From Alphaproteobacteria bacterium (GTDB lineage Bacteria > Pseudomonadota > Alphaproteobacteria > UBA2966), in NCBI GenBank assembly GCA_964291395.2, contig OZ219856.1:768001-832000 (forward strand): a stretch of 64,000 nucleotides of DNA, in the 5' to 3' direction. Positions 31,476 to 41,442 of this stretch are shown here, one piece after another. Under the pieces are notes generated by a model. It was not told the DNA's origin and did not search any database. It was given only the letters and a program-made list of their open reading frames with translations. How positions within the stretch are numbered: the first letter of the stretch is position 1; each line of letters opens with the position of its first letter. Both the position numbers and the translations under genes were made by a program.

Positions 31476-33113
31476 ATGTCAGACACGAGCATCCACGACG
31501 GCGATGCGGGCCCGGGACCCGAGCGCGTCGACGTCCTCGTCGTGGGCATGGGGTTCGCCGGCATGTACGTCCTTTACTGCGCGCGCCGGCGGGGCCTGAC
31601 GGCGCGCGCATTCGAAGCCGGCGGCGACGTCGGCGGCACCTGGTTCTGGAACCGCTATCCTGGCTGCCGAGTCGACGTCGACAGCGTACAGTACAGCTAC
31701 CATTTTTCGGGCGAACTCGCGAAGGAGTGGCGGTGGACGGAGAAATTCGCCGCCCAGCCGGAGCTTCTACGCTACTGCAACTACGTCGCCGACCGCTTCG
31801 ACCTGCGCCGGGACGCGAAGTTCAATACACGCGTCACCTCGGCCGTCTTCGACGACGGGACGAACCTGTGGACGCTCAGGACCGACAAGGGAGATGTCGC
31901 TTCGGCGCCGTACTGCATCATGGCGACGGGCAGCCTGTCGACGCCCTACAGGCCACCCTATCCCGGGATCGAGGACTTCCGCGGCGACTGGTATCACACC
32001 GGCACCTGGCCCCACCGAGAGGTCAGCTTCGCCGGCAAACGCGTCGGAATCGTCGGTACGGGCTCGACGGGCATCCAGGCCATCCCCGTCATCGCCCGGG
32101 AAGCGAAGCACCTGACCGTGTTCCAGCGCACGCCCCAATACACGTCGCCCGCCCGCAACCGGCCCATGGCGCCCGGCGAGCAGGAGGCGTTCAACGCGCG
32201 CCACGACGATTGGCGCGACGAGGCGATGCACACCTTCAACGCCATAACCGACTATCCGCCCCCCACCAGGCACCATCACGAGGACACGCCCGAAGAACGC
32301 CGCGCCTATCTCGAAGGACGGTGGGAAGAAGGAGGCATGCCGCAGGCCATGCTGGAGACTTACAAGAACGTCACCGTCGACGAGGCGGCCAACAAGGTGG
32401 TGGCGGACTTCGTGCGCGGCAAGATTCGAGAGATCGTCAGGGACCCCGAGGTCGCGGAGAGGCTGTGTCCGCCTGAAGACCTGCCGATCGGATCGAAGCG
32501 CCCGCCGATCGACACGGACTACTACGAGACTTTCAACCGTGACAACGTCACCCTGGTCGACATCAAGAGCGTGCCGATCGAAAGCATCACGGCGGATGGC
32601 GTCAAGACGGGTGATGTGGAGTACGAACTCGACGCCATCGTCTTCGCGACCGGCTTCGACGCCATGACCGGGTCCTTGCTGGCGATCGACATCAGGACCA
32701 GCACGGGCGCCTCGCTGAAGGACGCCTGGTCGGACGGACCGGACACGTACCTGGGACTGATGGTCGCGGGTCTGCCCAACCTGTTCATGATCAACGGACC
32801 GGGCAGTCCGTCGGTGAAGGCCAACATGATCATGGCCATCGAGCACCATACGGATTGGATCATGGACCTGCTGGACCATCTCCGCGAACACGGGCTCGAC
32901 CGGATCGAGGCGCAGAAACAGGCCCAGGACGAGTGGGTCGAGCATGCCCGCGAGGTCGCCGAGGCGACGCTGATGCCCGTGGCCGACTCCTGGTACGTCG
33001 GCGCCAACGTGCCCGGCAAGACGCGCGTCTACATGCCCTACTTCGGCGGGTTCGACCGCTACGTCAGGATCTGTGAAGAGGTGGTTGCCGACGGGTATCG
33101 CGGGTTTCGCTGA
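31476..33113 (+). CDS. Baeyer-Villiger monooxygenase 2
   Basis: GGTWFWNRYPG, FRGDWYHTGTWP, SWYVGANVPGK. Confidence 0.94.
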   Translation: MSDTSIHDGDAGPGPERVDVLVVGMGFAGMYVLYCARRRGLTARAFEAGGDVGGTWFWNRYPGCRVDVDSVQYSYHFSGELAKEWRWTEKFAAQPELLRYCNYVADRFDLRRDAKFNTRVTSAVFDDGTNLWTLRTDKGDVASAPYCIMATGSLSTPYRPPYPGIEDFRGDWYHTGTWPHREVSFAGKRVGIVGTGSTGIQAIPVIAREAKHLTVFQRTPQYTSPARNRPMAPGEQEAFNARHDDWRDEAMHTFNAITDYPPPTRHHHEDTPEERRAYLEGRWEEGGMPQAMLETYKNVTVDEAANKVVADFVRGKIREIVRDPEVAERLCPPEDLPIGSKRPPIDTDYYETFNRDNVTLVDIKSVPIESITADGVKTGDVEYELDAIVFATGFDAMTGSLLAIDIRTSTGASLKDAWSDGPDTYLGLMVAGLPNLFMINGPGSPSVKANMIMAIEHHTDWIMDLLDHLREHGLDRIEAQKQAQDEWVEHAREVAEATLMPVADSWYVGANVPGKTRVYMPYFGGFDRYVRICEEVVADGYRGFR

Positions 33114-33275
33114 TCCTCGTGGACCGGACGGAGACGGGCGATCCTGCCCTGGACCCCTTCTCGTTCGACATCGATCGCCATCTGCCTCCGCGCGACGAGC
33201 ACCGCAGCCCCGGCTTGGCCGGGAAACCGTCAGTGCGTTAACGTTCGAGCCGGACCACTCGGCGGGGGCGGGTCA

Positions 33276-34619
33276 ATGGCGGCCAACGGCATCTATCGCA
33301 TCGCCACGGGGGCGGGGTTCTCGTCGGACCGGCTCGACCCCGCCGTGGACCTGGTGAGACGCGGGCGGCTCGACGCCATCGTCTTCGAGTGCATCGGCGA
33401 GCGCACGCTGGCCTTCGGTCACCGGGACCGGCAGGCCGATGCGGACAAGGGATATACTCCGCTGCTCGAGCGGCGCATGCGGGCGATGCTGCCGCTCTGC
33501 CGCGAACACGGCACCCGGCTGATCACCAACATGGGGGTGGCCAACGTGCGGGGGGCCGCCGAGGCGACGGCGGCCGTGGCCCGCGACTTCGGGCTCGCTG
33601 GAATGAAGATCGCCGCCGTGCTGGGCGACGACGTGTCCGACGCCATACCCGACGATGCCCGATTGTCCGAGCCCGGCTGCACCGTGGGAGAGGTCGGCCG
33701 GCCCTTCATCGGCGCCAACGCCTATCTCGGCGCCGACGCCCTCCTGCCGGCCCTCGAAGCGGATGCCGACGTGGTCATCGCCGGGCGCGTCGCCGACCCG
33801 TCCCTGTTCCTGGCGCCGCTGCGCCAGCGCTTCGCCTGGCGGGGCGACGACTGGCCCGTCCTCGGTGCCGGCGCCTTGGTCGGCCATCTGATGGAGTGCG
33901 CGGCCCTGGTGACCGGCGGTTACTTCGCCGACCCCGGGGTCAAGGACGTGGCCGACCTGGCCGCCGTCGGCTTCCCGCTGGCCGAGGTCGCCGCCGACGG
34001 CAGCGCCGTGATCACCAAGCTGCCCGGTACCGGCGGGCGGGTCGACGAGCAGGTGGTGAAGGAGCAGCTCCTCTACGAGGTCCATGACCCGGCCGCCTAC
34101 GCGACGCCCGACGTGCTGGCCGATTTCTCCACCGCCGAACTGCAAGAGGCCGGAGCCGACCGGGTGCGCGTCAGCGGCGGCACGGGCGCCGTCCGGCCCG
34201 AAAAGCTCAAGGTGACGGTGGCCTTCGACGGCGGTTACCTCGCCGAGGCCGAGGTCTCGTACGCGGGCGCCAACGCCGCGGCGCGGGCCCGCCTCGCCGG
34301 CGACGTCGTCGAGGAGCGTTTGGCCCGCGTGCACGGCAGCAACGCGCCCCGGCGCGTCGATCTCATCGGGGTCGCTTCCGTTCACGCCAGCGCCGTGACC
34401 GGCCCCGACGAGAGCCGCGACGTGCGCCTGCGCTGCGCCCTGCGCGCCCAGAGCCGCGAGGAGGCCGAGGACCTGTTGTGGGAGGTCGAGTCGCTCCTGA
34501 ACTGCGGGCCTTCCGGCGGCGGCGGGTACCGCGGACACGTGACGCCGAGCGTGATGACCTATTCGACGTTCATCGGGCGGGACCGGGTCTCGCCGTCGGT
34601 GGAGGTCATCGAGACATGA
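33276..34619 (+). CDS. atuA: Acyclic terpene utilization AtuA family (DUF1446)
   Basis: GAGFSSDR, FECIGERT, GRVADPS, GHLMEC, EQLLYEVHDP. Confidence 0.88.
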   Translation: MAANGIYRIATGAGFSSDRLDPAVDLVRRGRLDAIVFECIGERTLAFGHRDRQADADKGYTPLLERRMRAMLPLCREHGTRLITNMGVANVRGAAEATAAVARDFGLAGMKIAAVLGDDVSDAIPDDARLSEPGCTVGEVGRPFIGANAYLGADALLPALEADADVVIAGRVADPSLFLAPLRQRFAWRGDDWPVLGAGALVGHLMECAALVTGGYFADPGVKDVADLAAVGFPLAEVAADGSAVITKLPGTGGRVDEQVVKEQLLYEVHDPAAYATPDVLADFSTAELQEAGADRVRVSGGTGAVRPEKLKVTVAFDGGYLAEAEVSYAGANAAARARLAGDVVEERLARVHGSNAPRRVDLIGVASVHASAVTGPDESRDVRLRCALRAQSREEAEDLLWEVESLLNCGPSGGGGYRGHVTPSVMTYSTFIGRDRVSPSVEVIET

Positions 34620-34933
34620 GCCGCCGCCCCCTGCGCGAGATCGCCCATGCCCGCGCCGGCGACAAGGGCAACCGCTCCAACGTCTCCGTCTTCGCCTATG
34701 CGGCCGAGCATTATCCGGTGCTCCTCGCGGAAGTCACGCCGGCCCGGTTGAAGCGGGAATTCGGCGGCGTGCTGCGCGGCGAGATCGTCCGCTACGAGCT
34801 GCCCAACCTGAACGGCATCAACCTGGTCATGGACCGGGCACTGGAGGGCGGCGTGAACGAATCGCTCAACCTCGACGGCCATGGCAAGTCGTGGAGCTCG
34901 TTGATCCTCGGAATGGAGATCGAGGTGCCCTGA
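34616..34933 (+). CDS. AtuA-related small ferredoxin-fold protein
   Basis: AHARAGDKGN...LEGGV...LDGHGKS. Confidence 0.85.
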   Translation: MSRRPLREIAHARAGDKGNRSNVSVFAYAAEHYPVLLAEVTPARLKREFGGVLRGEIVRYELPNLNGINLVMDRALEGGVNESLNLDGHGKSWSSLILGMEIEVP

Positions 34934-35354
34934 CGGATTGTCGGGGATCTCCGGTAGAGCCGGTGGCCGGATCCTGATGCTGTCGTCTCGGAAGTTGGCG
35001 CAGTGGCACGAGGAGGTGGGGTGCGTGGCCGAAGACGCCGCTGAAACGCTGGCCTTGGGATCCGGCACGGAGTTCACGGACCTCGTGCGGCGGGAGACCA
35101 CGGAGATCCATGCGCTGCCGTGAGGTCCGTTACCGCGCCGCGTTCAGCAGAGACATTGGAAAGACAGCGCTACGGGGCCAAAATTCCCGAAGACTCTCGT
35201 CTTTTGGTAGTGACCTTTTCGGCGTCACGGCGGCGTCCGGAGTCGTCAGGACCGAACTGCCCCCGAGTGGCTGAATTGAGGGTGTCAGGCCGGTTCGCCC
35301 GATCCGGACTCCACGTTCATGTGAGTCGGGCCGATGCCTGTATGACCCGCGGTT

Positions 35355-36590
35355 TTAAGCATCCTCCGGGTCGATCGAAATTTGAGTCTGGCTTCGTGGC
35401 ACCAGAATGTGCAATCCCATGCCCCGCATGGTGTGATCGTCACTGGCCAGGCAGATAGGTTGAAGGGCGAGAAAAACATCGGCAAGAACGGTTGAATTCC
35501 AGAACCAGGCCTCTAAATCAGCCCGGCTGGGCGTACCCGGTTGAGCCGTGACTGCCTCGAAATAAAAGGTTTTGAGGTCGTCACAGGCTAGCTTCAGGAC
35601 ATCACCGGAAGTCAGCCCATCTCGAGGGCTTTCGTCCGGTGGGTTTTCCAGGAAGGACAGTATGTACTTGCCGGCCTCCTCCATGCCAAAACCGCTGATC
35701 CCTACCGTCGTCCGTCCTCGGCGTTCGACAGCCAGGTCGTACCACGGCGTCATCTGCCCGATCTCGCGCCTCAACGCAGCCTTGAGACTTCCCTCGTCTT
35801 CATCTTCCGGCGCCCCGAAATTGACTGGGCAGGCCCACCCCTCCATCTCTTCTTCCGTTGGTGCAGGCGCGTCTTCACGGTAGTCGACGATAAGGGGACC
35901 CGAGTCCGCTTCGAATAGATCGAGCGCCGCTTTCAGGACCCGGGTCTGGAAGGCGGCGTCGCCCGGAGCTCCGAAGGGACGGCCAAGTTCAAACGGCACC
36001 CATAGCGCTCGTGGCGGGCGAGAGATTTCTGTGTGCGGACGGATAAGGCTGATCTGCGACGTCGCCACGCCTTCGTCTTCAATATATAGTCCCAGCCCGC
36101 CTACGGCGCGCGTGCAGGCCGGTCATATGGGCACAAGAAGAACGGCGTCGACATTATCGTCCTTGAGAACGCCGGCCAATTGGCGGGCCGTGGTCTCCAT
36201 CTTGGCCGGTGGGGTCGCTCCCAGGAACGAGTAATGATAGTCAGCGACGGACCCGATGATACCTTCCGCAGCCATTTCGTGGAGACGGTCGATCGGGAAG
36301 ACAACGTTTAGGTCCTCCTGGAAGCCGGTACGATCGAAATTGATCGAGATGTGGCTCATCACCAAATCGGCGGCGTCGTAATCGCCCGGGATGATACGGA
36401 AATCACCCGCTCCCTTGGTAAACGGTCGGTCGCCGCGGCGCTGCAATCCGGCCGTCGTGACAATTGCGACCCGGCGCTCGGCCAATGGCACTCCCGTGAC
36501 CCAAGGTGCCGGTTCAAGGGTAATGCAGTTCTCGGCGATAAGGGCCATTGCGTCCTGCTCATAGTCAGGAAGATCTGTCCAGCGGACCAT
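35355..36590 (-). CDS. PrdB/GrdB-like selenoprotein B with in-frame UGA (Sec)
   Basis: ORFs 36123..36599 and 35355..36068 share one frame, joined by TGA at 36125-36123 in VPI-U-PAC (UxxC); a hairpin follows. Confidence 0.85.
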
Positions 36591-37046
36591 GTGACTCACC
36601 CGGCCAGTTTGATGACACCGATACGGTATCCTTCTCGAGAACGATCCACAAGGAATGGATCTGAGCCTGCCACTGACTAGCCCGCATCCCTGGACAGGAC
36701 GGGGCGCCGGTCTTCAAGAAGCGACTTGCAGTTGGCGGGCGAGGTGCCCGCGCTGGCGTTCGGCTCATCTACTGCCTTGACGAGCACTGCGTGGTGGCGT
36801 TGTTCGTTTACGCCGAGAACGGGAAGGCTGACGTTCCTGTTCCGGAGATCGGGGCCGCTTGAGCCGTGGCCGACCTGCTCGCATCGGTTCGAGAGTTGAG
36901 ATCTCCCGTTTCATTGAAGCAGAACCGCAAATTCCGTAGAATTCGCACGATTCGCAAATCCGGAGGAATTTCGGGACGCAACCCGGTCCCGGATGGCCGC
37001 GGCGTGGGGAGCGGACCTCTTCCGGTGTCGGGAAACGAGGATCTTC

Positions 37047-37988
37047 ATGACCATTACCGAAGGCGTTGAAAAGTCACGCAAGACATCGCGGGGCACATCC
37101 TCTCGGAAGCGCAACGAGAGGGCTGCGAAATCGGCAAAGCCCGAGATCAGGCGCGTATCGCCCGCCCTCGGCGCGGAGGTCCTCGACGTGGACCTCAGGG
37201 AGGACTTGCCGGACGAGACCATCGCCGAGATGAGAAAGGCCCTGAGCGAGAACTGCCTCCTCCTGATCCGGGATCAGGACATTACGCCGGAACAGCATGT
37301 GGCGTTCAGTCGCCGGTTCGGCGAGCTCGAGATTCACGTGTTGACCGAATACCTCCTGCCGGATCAGCCGGAAGTCCTGGTGCTGTCCAACGTCAAGAAG
37401 AACGGCAAGATCGTGGGCCGGGCCGGGGTCGGCGAATATTGGCATTCCGATCTGCAGTACCTCGCCAGGCCCTCGCTGGGATCGATCATGCATGCCATCG
37501 AGGTGCCCGAGATCGGTGGCGACACCATGTTCGCCAACCAGTTCGCGGCCTACGACGCGTTGTCGGACGGCATGAAGGATCTGCTCGGCGGCCTGGAGGT
37601 CGTGCACCACTTTGCCAAGGCGCGGTACAATTCCGTCCAGGTGGGCTATGCCCGGCCGTACAGCGACGAGGAGCTGAAGAAGACTCCGCCCGTCACGCAT
37701 CCCGCCGTGCGCACCCATCCCGAGACGGGCAGGAAGGCGCTCTATGCCAGTCCCGGTTTTGCGCTCAATTTCGTCGGCATGACGGAGGAGGAGAGCCGGC
37801 CGCTCCTCGAATTCCTGTACCGGCACGCGGTCAATCCGCGCTTCCTCTACCGTCACAAATGGCGGGCCAACGATATCGTGTTCTGGGACAACCGCAGCCT
37901 CATGCACTACGCCGTGCAGGATTACGATCACGCCAACGACCGCCGCCACATGCACCGCACGACGATCTCGGGCGACGAGCCGTATTGA
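37047..37988 (+). CDS. TauD/TfdA alpha-ketoglutarate dioxygenase
   Basis: WHSD, GGDTMFA, HPAVRTHPETGRKALY, WDNR..H, MHRTT. Confidence 0.93.
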   Translation: MTITEGVEKSRKTSRGTSSRKRNERAAKSAKPEIRRVSPALGAEVLDVDLREDLPDETIAEMRKALSENCLLLIRDQDITPEQHVAFSRRFGELEIHVLTEYLLPDQPEVLVLSNVKKNGKIVGRAGVGEYWHSDLQYLARPSLGSIMHAIEVPEIGGDTMFANQFAAYDALSDGMKDLLGGLEVVHHFAKARYNSVQVGYARPYSDEELKKTPPVTHPAVRTHPETGRKALYASPGFALNFVGMTEEESRPLLEFLYRHAVNPRFLYRHKWRANDIVFWDNRSLMHYAVQDYDHANDRRHMHRTTISGDEPY

Positions 37989-38018
37989 GGTCTCCGCTGC
38001 CCCCGTCCTCCGGTCGGC

Positions 38019-38918
38019 TCACCCTTTCCGGTTCTCCTGCCAGATGTCGTTGACCACGTTGTAGAGGTCGCTCCAGTCGTTGTCGCCGTGGCCCCGCTCC
38101 AGGGCGGCGTCGTAGGCCGCCAGCGCGGCGGGCGCGGTGTAGCAGGGCAGGCCCTCGCGCTCCATCATCGTGCGCGCGATGTTGACGTCCTTGCGGGCAT
38201 GCTTGATGGCGAAGCCGGGGTCGAGGTCGCCGGCCAGCGCCTTGTTCGGGAAATGCTGCCTCGAGTGCCCGTTGCCGGCCAGGGTGTCGTTGACGATCTC
38301 GAGCGTCTTGTCCGGGCCGACTCCGCCCGCTTCGGCGAGGCGCAGCGCCTCCGCGACCATCACGGCGCCGGCCGTGGCCATGAAGTTGTTGACGATCTTG
38401 CAGGTCATGCCGTGACCCACGTCGCCGCAGTCGATGATCGTCGTGCCCATCGCCTCGAGCGCCGGCATGGCGGCGGCCTTGTCCTCCGTCGAACCCGCGA
38501 CCATGAGCATGGAGTTGCCTTGGCGGGCGTCGTCGGCGGTCCGGCCCACCGGCGAGTCGACATAGCCCCAGCCCGCCGCCTTGGCCTGCGCCGCGAACTT
38601 CGGCACGGCGCCCGGGTCGATGGTGCACATCACCATGACGACGCGCCCCTCGCCGGGGCTCTTCAGCAGCCCGTCGTCGCCGTTCAGCACGGCGTCGACC
38701 TCGGGCACGTCGGGCACCATGACGATGACGAGCTGCGAACCCTCGCCGGTGGCGCCGGGCGTGTCGACCATCTCGCCGCCGTTCGCCTTCACTTCATCGC
38801 CGGCGCCGGGAAGGGGGTCGTACCCTTTCACCTTGAAGCCCGCCCCGAGCAGGGCGCTCGACATCGCCGTGCCCATCAGGCCGAGGCCGATGAAGCCCAC
38901 TTGTTCGATCTCACCCAT
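38019..38918 (-). CDS. Beta-hydroxyacid dehydrogenase (3-HIBADH family)
   Basis: GFIGLGLMG, DSPVG, KIVNN, KD motif. Confidence 0.9.
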   Translation of the reverse strand: MGEIEQVGFIGLGLMGTAMSSALLGAGFKVKGYDPLPGAGDEVKANGGEMVDTPGATGEGSQLVIVMVPDVPEVDAVLNGDDGLLKSPGEGRVVMVMCTIDPGAVPKFAAQAKAAGWGYVDSPVGRTADDARQGNSMLMVAGSTEDKAAAMPALEAMGTTIIDCGDVGHGMTCKIVNNFMATAGAVMVAEALRLAEAGGVGPDKTLEIVNDTLAGNGHSRQHFPNKALAGDLDPGFAIKHARKDVNIARTMMEREGLPCYTAPAALAAYDAALERGHGDNDWSDLYNVVNDIWQENRKG

Positions 38919-39182
38919 CTGTCCTTCCCCCCTGGAACCGTTGCTTTCCGCGCCGGCCGGCGTGCCGGGGCGCGTGAACCTACACGGCGCGGGTTGCCGC
39001 TTCAACGCGCGGCGCTTGGCCTTGGCGATGGCCGTCCCGCGCTGAAACGAGACGATCGGCTCGCGGGCGACAGAGGGTTGCCCTCGACCGCCTGTAGACG
39101 CGCGGCCTCGGCCTGCCGCTCGTTCATGACCGCGCCCCGACGGCCGACTTCATGCATCGCCCTGTTCATGCGGTGAGACGTT

Positions 39183-39228
39183 GGGGGAACATGTTCCCCT
39201 GACGCCCGGCCGCGGGTCTTCCGATACT
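39183..39228 (+). promoter_or_regulatory. Late promoter 2: palindrome + TGACGC-N17-GATACT
   Basis: Same 23-bp motif and spacing as 15775-15820. Confidence 0.8.
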
Positions 39229-39330
39229 CCTCGCCGGCGCCGCGGCGATGCGGGACGGGACACGTCCTCCATGCCCGGCATCGCGGTCTCGTCCGCGGCG
39301 CCCCGTCGACGCCGATCGGGAACGCACGCC

Positions 39331-39771
39331 ATGATCATGAAGAGGGCCCTGCTCCGCCGCGACACGGAGGGCGACCACGGCACCCTCGGGGTGCTCGCCG
39401 CTCCCGGCCTGCCGGACCCGCTCCAGGTCATGGAGCCGCCGTGGCGCGACAACCGCCGCAACCGCTCCCGCATCCCGCCCGGCATCTACGAGGTGCTGCC
39501 CCATCTGTCGCCGCGTTTCCGTTCCTGCCTGCTGGTCTCGGGCGTGCCGGAGCGCAGCCATATCCTGTTCCACGCGGGCAACGTCGGAGGGGACGTCGAG
39601 CAGGGCTGGCACACCCACACCCACGGCTGCCTGCTGCCGGGTATGCGCCGCGGCCGGATCGAGGTGCGCGGCCGCGTCCAGGCGGCGGTGCTCTCGTCCC
39701 GGACCGCGTTCCGGCACCTCATGACCTGGTGCGCCGGCGCGCCCTTCACCCTGGAGATCGTCGATGCTTGA
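39331..39771 (+). CDS. DUF5675-like putative endolysin
   Basis: GTLG...EPPWRDN...SRIPPGIY...VPERSHILFHAGN...GCLLPG, in the lysin position. Confidence 0.75.
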   Translation: MIMKRALLRRDTEGDHGTLGVLAAPGLPDPLQVMEPPWRDNRRNRSRIPPGIYEVLPHLSPRFRSCLLVSGVPERSHILFHAGNVGGDVEQGWHTHTHGCLLPGMRRGRIEVRGRVQAAVLSSRTAFRHLMTWCAGAPFTLEIVDA

Positions 39772-40279
39772 CCTGCTGACCTCGATCCTGACCGGCGGCG
39801 CGACCGGCCTGCTCGGCACCGCCCTTTCCTTTGCCACCAGCCATTTCCAGGCCCGGCAGCGCCACGCCCAGGAGCTCGAATTGCGCCGGCTCGACATGGA
39901 GCTCGCCGAGGTCGAAGCGGCCGGCGCCGAGCGGGTCGCCGCGCTCGAGCTGGAGGGCGGGACGGCCCGGGCCGAGCTCGCGGCCTTCCGCGAGTCCTAC
40001 CGCGAGGCGGCGCGGCGCTGGAGCCGCCCCGGCGACGGCTGGCTCATGCGGTTCGTCGATTTCGTGCGGGGCATGACGCGGCCGGCCCTCACCTGGGGGT
40101 TCGTCGCGCTCACCGGCGCCATCTACTTCACGATGGGCGACGCGGACGCCGTCGTCGACGGCACCGCCGTCAAGGCGCGGATCGTCGACACCGTGCTCTA
40201 TCTCACCACCACCTGCGTGCTGTGGTGGTTCGGCGCTCGCCAGATCGCCAAGGGCGCGCGTCCGGCGGGGACGGGCTGA
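39764..40279 (+). CDS. Holin-like membrane protein
   Basis: RGMTRPALT, two TM segments, WWFGAR. Confidence 0.7.
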   Translation: MLDLLTSILTGGATGLLGTALSFATSHFQARQRHAQELELRRLDMELAEVEAAGAERVAALELEGGTARAELAAFRESYREAARRWSRPGDGWLMRFVDFVRGMTRPALTWGFVALTGAIYFTMGDADAVVDGTAVKARIVDTVLYLTTTCVLWWFGARQIAKGARPAGTG

Positions 40280-40605
40280 TGCCGGGGGCGGAAGCCTGGC
40301 AGGCGTTCGGCGGCGTCGTCACGGTCCTGATCTTCCTCGGCGGCGGCGCCTTCGCGCTGAAGCGCCTCGGCATCGTCGGCGCCCGCGCCGCGGCGGCGCC
40401 GGCCCGCGGCGGACCCGCCGAGGGCGACCTCGCGGACCGCGTCGTCGGGCTCGAGCGCGGGCTCGGCGACCTGCGCCTGCACGTCGCCGAGAATTACGTG
40501 CGCCGCGACGACTACATCCCCAACGAAAGCCGGGTCATCGGCCTGTTGGAGACCCACGGCGTGATGCTGGCGCGGCTCGAGGAGAGGATCGGAGGGGGAC
40601 CATGA
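40279..40605 (+). CDS. Mu gp25-like membrane-anchored protein
   Basis: N-terminal TM, VAENYVRRDD, coiled coil. Confidence 0.6.
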   Translation: MPGAEAWQAFGGVVTVLIFLGGGAFALKRLGIVGARAAAAPARGGPAEGDLADRVVGLERGLGDLRLHVAENYVRRDDYIPNESRVIGLLETHGVMLARLEERIGGGP

Positions 40606-40922
40606 GGGACAACCTGAGCCAGGACCACATCGCCGCCCTGCGCTGGACGATCCTGCGCACGTTGATGGTGGGCGGCCACCTCGGGGCGACCGACAAGATG
40701 TGCCTCGACGTCGCCCGCGCCGAATACATCGGCGTCACGATGCAGCGCATCCATACCGAGTTCGACTATCTGGAGTCGCGCAAGCTGATCGAGACGGAGC
40801 GCTCCGAGCTCCGCGCCTGGCGGGCCAAGCTCACGCGCCACGGCCGGGACGTCGTGGACTACGAGGTCGGCGTCGAGCCCGGCATCACCCGGCCGCCCTT
40901 TCTCGATCCGCGCGCGGGCTGA
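40602..40922 (+). CDS. Mu gp26-like protein
   Basis: LRWTIL...DYLE...LTRHGRDVV...PGITRP. Confidence 0.75.
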   Translation: MRDNLSQDHIAALRWTILRTLMVGGHLGATDKMCLDVARAEYIGVTMQRIHTEFDYLESRKLIETERSELRAWRAKLTRHGRDVVDYEVGVEPGITRPPFLDPRAG

Positions 40923-40926
40923 CGCC

Positions 40927-41442
40927 GTGCCGCCGCGCTCCAAGGTGGCGGGCCTGCCCTCCGAGGTCCGGGACGAGCTCGACCGCCGGCTCTCCGAGGG
41001 CGGGTTCCGCGACTACAGGAGCCACGCCGAATGGCTGACCGAGCTCGGTCATCCGGTGTCGCACACCTCCGTGCACCGCTACGGGTCCAGGCTCGAGCGG
41101 CGCATCGAGTCGCTCCGCGTGTCGAGCGAGATGGCGGCCGCCCTCGTCGCCGCCTCGCCCGACGACGCCGTTGCCATGGCCGACGCGTCGATCCAACTGG
41201 TCCAGGAGCGCATGTTCCAGCTCCTGCTGGCCTCCGAGGAGGGGGATTTGGAGGAGATGACGATAGCCGCCCGGGCGCTCGCCGAGGCGGCGCGGGCCAG
41301 CATCGCCATCCGCGCCGACCGGCGCAAGGCGCTGGCCGAGGCCGCCGAGCGTGCGGGCAAAGCCTCCAAGAAGGCCGGGCTGTCGAAGAACACCGCGGCC
41401 GCGATCCGGGCCGCGATCCAGGGCGGCGAGGAGGCCGCATGA
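40927..41442 (+). CDS. Mu gp27-like small terminase (DUF3486)
   Basis: MPPRSKV..LP...GHPVSHTSVHRYG...KAGLS. Confidence 0.85.
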   Translation: MPPRSKVAGLPSEVRDELDRRLSEGGFRDYRSHAEWLTELGHPVSHTSVHRYGSRLERRIESLRVSSEMAAALVAASPDDAVAMADASIQLVQERMFQLLLASEEGDLEEMTIAARALAEAARASIAIRADRRKALAEAAERAGKASKKAGLSKNTAAAIRAAIQGGEEAA

